Source: a virus
Lineage: Duplodnaviria; Caudoviricetes
IMG/VR virus record: IMGVR_UViG_3300012940_000041
Span: 1-45,736 of that record
Length of the DNA stretch: 45,736 bases
Strand: one strand, 5' to 3'
Part shown: piece by piece, positions 44,281-45,736 of the stretch
Position numbering within the stretch: position 1 is the first letter of the stretch
Layout of the letters: each line of letters starts with the position of its first letter
Position numbers and translations under genes: made by a program
Notes under the pieces: generated by a model
What the model saw: only the letters and a program-made list of their open reading frames with translations
Databases searched by the model: none
Told to the model about the DNA's origin: nothing

Positions 44281-44643
44281 ATGAACATGGAACCAACAAG
44301 CGGCACCGCTGCAACCGGCTTTGCCATTGGTAAGGCACTCGCGTCTCCGGGTGTGATCGGCATTCTCGGCGGGGCTCTCGGATTCCTCATCCTATGGCCG
44401 AAGACGGCCAAAGAAGGGTTCTCCCGCCTTGTAGTGAGCGGAATCTCGTCGCACTTCTTTGGCGATGCGGTGCTGCGTACGATCGTCGAATTCGCCGAAT
44501 GGATTCCACCAGAAGAGATCCGGGCTGGCGCCTACCTGATCGCGGCATTGCCTGCATGGTGGATTCTCGGTGCAATCCTGAAGTACCTCAGCCGTGGCAA
44601 CGACATCAAACAGATTGCTCAAGACGTAAAGGAAATGATGTGA
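44281..44643 (+). CDS. Holin
   Basis: About three hydrophobic helices; coupled to the endolysin. Confidence 0.75.
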   Translation: MNMEPTSGTAATGFAIGKALASPGVIGILGGALGFLILWPKTAKEGFSRLVVSGISSHFFGDAVLRTIVEFAEWIPPEEIRAGAYLIAALPAWWILGAILKYLSRGNDIKQIAQDVKEMM

Positions 44644-45062
44644 ATAGAGAAGCACTGGCAAAGCAGCTCGTCATCGACGAAGGCCTGCGCCTCAAGCCCT
44701 ATCACTGCACGGCTGGCAAGCTGACGATTGGAGTCGGGCGCAACCTGGACGACGTCGGGATCACGAAAGCCGAAGCCATGATGCTGCTCGCCTCGGACAT
44801 TGAGCGTGTGGAAACCGAGCTCGATCGCGTGCTGCCGTGGTGGCGTGGGATGAGCGACAAGCGCCAGCAGGTGCTCGCCAACATGTGCTTCAACATGGGG
44901 ATCGGGAACAGCACATGCGGCTTACTCAGCTTCCGAAACACGCTGGCTGCCATGCAGCGGGGCGACTACAAGGCGGCGGCACGCGGCATGCTCGACTCTG
45001 CCTGGGCGCGGCAGGTTGGCGACCGCTCCGAGCGCTTGGCCAAGATGATGGAACAGGGATGA
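44640..45062 (+). CDS. Endolysin, GH24/T4-like lysozyme
   Basis: GTG start; DEGLRLKPY.C.AGKLTIGVGRNL, M.FNMG, S.WARQVG.R. Confidence 0.92.
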   Translation: MNREALAKQLVIDEGLRLKPYHCTAGKLTIGVGRNLDDVGITKAEAMMLLASDIERVETELDRVLPWWRGMSDKRQQVLANMCFNMGIGNSTCGLLSFRNTLAAMQRGDYKAAARGMLDSAWARQVGDRSERLAKMMEQG

Positions 45063-45514
45063 ATCCGCTCGCAATCCGTGGCCTGCTCCTGCTTGCCGGG
45101 GCAGCCACTGCATTCGCCGCCGGCTGGCTGGTCAACGGCTGGCGTCTCGGTGAGCAGATGGCCGAACGCGAGCGCGATCAGGTCGCAGCCGTGGCGGCCG
45201 CAAACGAAGCCGCACGTCTGAAAGAACGTGCGATGACCAAACAAGCCGAGGAGGCTCGAAATGCTGCAACTCAACGTGAAATCGCTCTGCGTCGTGCTGC
45301 TGATGGGGCTCGCGGTGCTCTTGACGGGCTGCTCTACGACATCGCAGATCTCAGACGTGCAATGCCCAGTATGGCCGACGATGCCCTCCGTGAGCGAGCC
45401 GATACCCTCGGAAAGCTACTCGCAGAGTGCTCAGCGGAATATCGAGGGCTGGCGGAGCGAGCTGACCGGCACGTCAACGACGTCCGGACGCTGAGGGAGG
45501 CGTGGCCGAAGTAG
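45059..45514 (+). CDS. i-spanin (Rz-like)
   Basis: N-terminal TM (GWLVNGWR) plus coiled coil. Confidence 0.85.
   Translation: MNPLAIRGLLLLAGAATAFAAGWLVNGWRLGEQMAERERDQVAAVAAANEAARLKERAMTKQAEEARNAATQREIALRRAADGARGALDGLLYDIADLRRAMPSMADDALRERADTLGKLLAECSAEYRGLAERADRHVNDVRTLREAWPK
45261..45494 (+). CDS. o-spanin lipoprotein (Rz1-like, embedded)
   Basis: Lipobox LTGC, Pro-rich, +1 frame inside Rz. Confidence 0.8.
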   Translation: MLQLNVKSLCVVLLMGLAVLLTGCSTTSQISDVQCPVWPTMPSVSEPIPSESYSQSAQRNIEGWRSELTGTSTTSGR

Positions 45515-45613
45515 CGCCGCGCAAAAGGAAAAACCCACCGGCGCATATTAGAAACTGTCTAATATACAGAGGTGGGTTTACATACAGCCGAGGCTGTAAG
45601 CCTTTGAATCCAA

Positions 45614-45691
<78 letters not shown>

Positions 45692-45736
45692 CGAAGCTGG
45701 GGATTATAGCAAGAGCCGGGTTATTCCGCCATGGCA

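Larger units (their letters stand above)
1..45613. mobile_element. Lambdoid/HK97-like siphovirus prophage (left end outside the window), integrated at the 3' end of tRNA-Pro(GGG)
   Basis: Complete lambdoid order of immunity, replication, packaging, head, tail and lysis modules, ending ~100 bp from a tRNA 3' end. Confidence 0.95.

Overview
Almost the whole window is one lambdoid/HK97-like siphovirus prophage, probably in a betaproteobacterium (an Oxalobacteraceae-type HTH family is present). Its right end abuts the 3' end of a host tRNA-Pro(GGG) at 45614-45690. The integrase and other att site are not in the window and presumably lie left of base 1. Gene order: leftward early/recombination operon (HNH-AP2, Gp157, SSB, AAA ATPase), PL with operators, accessory genes downstream of cI, cI/cro switch, CII-like, NinB/NinG, replication initiator + DnaB, Q-like antiterminator, a ~5 kb accessory island, late promoter, HNH/terminase/portal (with intein)/S49 protease/capsid, tail, tailspike, an acetyltransferase moron and the lysis cassette. 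The most interesting part is the 14.6-19.7 kb island. It holds an AcrVA2-family gene followed by an Aca-like HTH, three unknown candidate anti-defence ORFs and two promoters sharing an operator. It also holds a solitary type I-C-like CRISPR repeat with its own promoter; its ~30-nt pseudo-spacer has been split by an IS605-group TnpA/TnpB element. Second is a truncated DUF3800 gene facing a promoter-driven structured ~80-nt ncRNA. All family assignments come from motif recognition, not database searches.
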